A program made the translations under genes and the position numbers. A DNA stretch of 64,000 nucleotides. It comes from an uncultured candidate division Zixibacteria bacterium (GTDB lineage: Bacteria; Zixibacteria; MSB-5A5; UBA10806). Location of the stretch: assembly GCA_963817915.1 (NCBI GenBank), contig CAWFQL010000012.1:608001-672000 (forward strand). Direction: 5' to 3'. Of the stretch, positions 62,507 through 64,000 are shown piece after piece. Numbering within the stretch: the first letter of the stretch is position 1; each line of letters begins with the position of its first letter. The notes under the pieces were generated by a model. The model was not told where the DNA came from, did no database searches, and worked only from the letters and a program-made list of their open reading frames with translations.

Positions 62507-63004
62507 TTGATCAAAAAAGACCAGAATCAGATTTTTGAAGAGCTGTATCATCTTCAAAATTGCGAATTGGCGTTAGGTGAGTATTTCAATGAACTCGCCC
62601 GATTATATCCAGATGAAAAATGGTTTTGGGAACAGGCAGTCGGCGAGGAAGTTAATCATGCCCGGCAGGTTGGCCGTCTCATCGCCCAGGTATCATCTAA
62701 TCTCAACAAATTTGCGTTCGGACGATATAGAGTGGAATTACTTAAGACATTCTTAGATGGTATTTATGCCAATGTCCAAAAAATCAGATCGAAGCAGTTG
62801 AGCCGCCCTGAGATTTTGCAGATCGCCCTGGACTACGAGACATCGTTTATAGAATCCAAACCCTATGATATTGTCAGTTCAGCTGATTCCGATTTCCTGC
62901 TTTTTAAGACGACCTTTTCTGAGGAGCTGCTGGAGCATACCAGTAAAATGAAAGCCTATATCCAGCAGAAGCTTGCGACCGCCGTCGCAGCCAATCAGCC
63001 TTAA
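62507..63004 (+). CDS. Ferritin-like/rubrerythrin-like four-helix protein
   Basis: E..GEYF, FWEQAVGEEVNHA (ExxH), ALDYE; helical. Confidence 0.65.
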   Translation: MIKKDQNQIFEELYHLQNCELALGEYFNELARLYPDEKWFWEQAVGEEVNHARQVGRLIAQVSSNLNKFAFGRYRVELLKTFLDGIYANVQKIRSKQLSRPEILQIALDYETSFIESKPYDIVSSADSDFLLFKTTFSEELLEHTSKMKAYIQQKLATAVAANQP

Positions 63005-63128
63005 TCAAGACCTCAATCCAATTCCACACCTCCAATTTTAAAAATCCGTTGCTAAATTCGTAATATAAGCCTACATTATTTTAGACAATTTCATAGGGAT
63101 TTTTGATGATTGTGTTAAGGAGCAATAA

Positions 63129-64000
63129 ATGTCCGAAAAGATGAGGGCAGTAGTAAAAACAAAACCGGAATTGGGAGCTGAATTAAGAGAAGTCCCGATT
63201 CCCAAAATCGCCGATGACGAAGTACTTGTCAAGGTAAGCGCTACTTCTGTCTGCGGTACAGATGTTCATATTTATAAATGGGATAATTGGTCTCAAAATA
63301 GAATCGGAGCCAAAGCTCTGCCGCAGATTCTTGGCCATGAAGTAGCTGGCGAAGTCGTGGAAAAAGGCAAGTTCGTAAAGAAAATCTCGATAGGCGATTA
63401 TATCTCTGCCGAAACCCATATACCGTTTACCGGCGATCTTCAATATTTGCTGGGTCAGGCCAATATTGGAGAGAGGATGAAGATTCTCGGAGTCGATCGC
63501 GACGGAGTATTCGCCGAATATGTCGCGGTGCCTGAAATCGTATGCTGGGTCAATGATAAATCAATTCCGCCGGAATTCGCTACAATTCAGGAGCCATTGG
63601 GCAACGCTACCTACTCGGTTCTCGGAGAAGACAATGATGTCGCCGGCAAATCGATGGTTATTATAGGCGACGGGCCGGTAGGGCTTTTCGCGACAGGAGT
63701 CGCCCGCGCGGTCGGAGTGACCAATATATTTCTTGTAGGAATCAGCAGATTCGCGCTTGAAATTGGCAAGAAAATGGGCGCCGATCATATCCTGTATGCC
63801 GATGATAATTCAGTCGATCGAGTTGCCTATGTTAAGGATCATACCGGAGGATATGGCGCCGATATCGTTCTCGAATTAGTTGGAGCACAACAGGCCATAA
63901 ATGAGGGATTTCAGATGATTCGCAAGGGTGGCCGATTCACCGCCTTCGGCGTGGTTTCCAGCCCGACAGTTACTATTGATTACAATGACGGCATAGTATT
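63129..64000 (+). CDS. tdh: L-threonine 3-dehydrogenase-like zinc-dependent MDR, 3'-truncated (absent from the ORF track)
   Basis: Manual translation: MSEKMRAVVKTKP..VCGTDVHIYKWDNW..LGHEVAGEV..SAETHI..GVDRDGVFAEY..QEPLGNA..GDGPVG; TAAGGAG SD. Confidence 0.82.
   Translation, partial: MSEKMRAVVKTKPELGAELREVPIPKIADDEVLVKVSATSVCGTDVHIYKWDNWSQNRIGAKALPQILGHEVAGEVVEKGKFVKKISIGDYISAETHIPFTGDLQYLLGQANIGERMKILGVDRDGVFAEYVAVPEIVCWVNDKSIPPEFATIQEPLGNATYSVLGEDNDVAGKSMVIIGDGPVGLFATGVARAVGVTNIFLVGISRFALEIGKKMGADHILYADDNSVDRVAYVKDHTGGYGADIVLELVGAQQAINEGFQMIRKGGRFTAFGVVSSPTVTIDYNDGIV

Overview
Gene-dense bacterial chromosomal window of moderate GC. By inference it comes from a diderm FCB-affiliated lineage such as Zixibacteria, Calditrichota or KSB1, because of the many NYPNPFN-type C-terminal sorting domains plus LPS and TonB genes. 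In order: a 5'-truncated GAF/sigma-54 activator; its likely target unit (two palindromic enhancer sites, a perfect -24/-12 promoter, a GxxExxY-family protein lacking its catalytic residues, an unannotated 21-aa Lys/Ala micropeptide, terminator); vanZ-hisS-aspS-phoH-7TM/HD-ybeY-CBS/CorC-DUF362; a SWIB protein with a histone-H1-like tail; ferredoxin plus an archaeal-like geranylgeranyl reductase; rpsT, murJ, GT9 and GT-C/TPR; a ~24 kb cluster of seven secreted proteins sharing a T9SS-type C-terminal domain (three S8 proteases, one M6 metalloprotease, two non-catalytic proteins, one BtuG-like propeller); a cobalamin riboswitch-btuB unit; rpmE-DUF1385-prfA-[membrane protein, TldD, TldE, OMP, Tat-signal mini-protein]-prmC; a PLP Cys/Met lyase; a GldA/FG-like ABC system with DUF4340; a TPP riboswitch-thiMELD operon; a ferritin-like protein; and a 3'-truncated threonine dehydrogenase-like gene. 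Seven genes are split by single +1 insertions, most likely sequencing errors. I saw no tRNA, rRNA, CRISPR array or mobile element. All family calls come from motif recognition by eye, not database searches.
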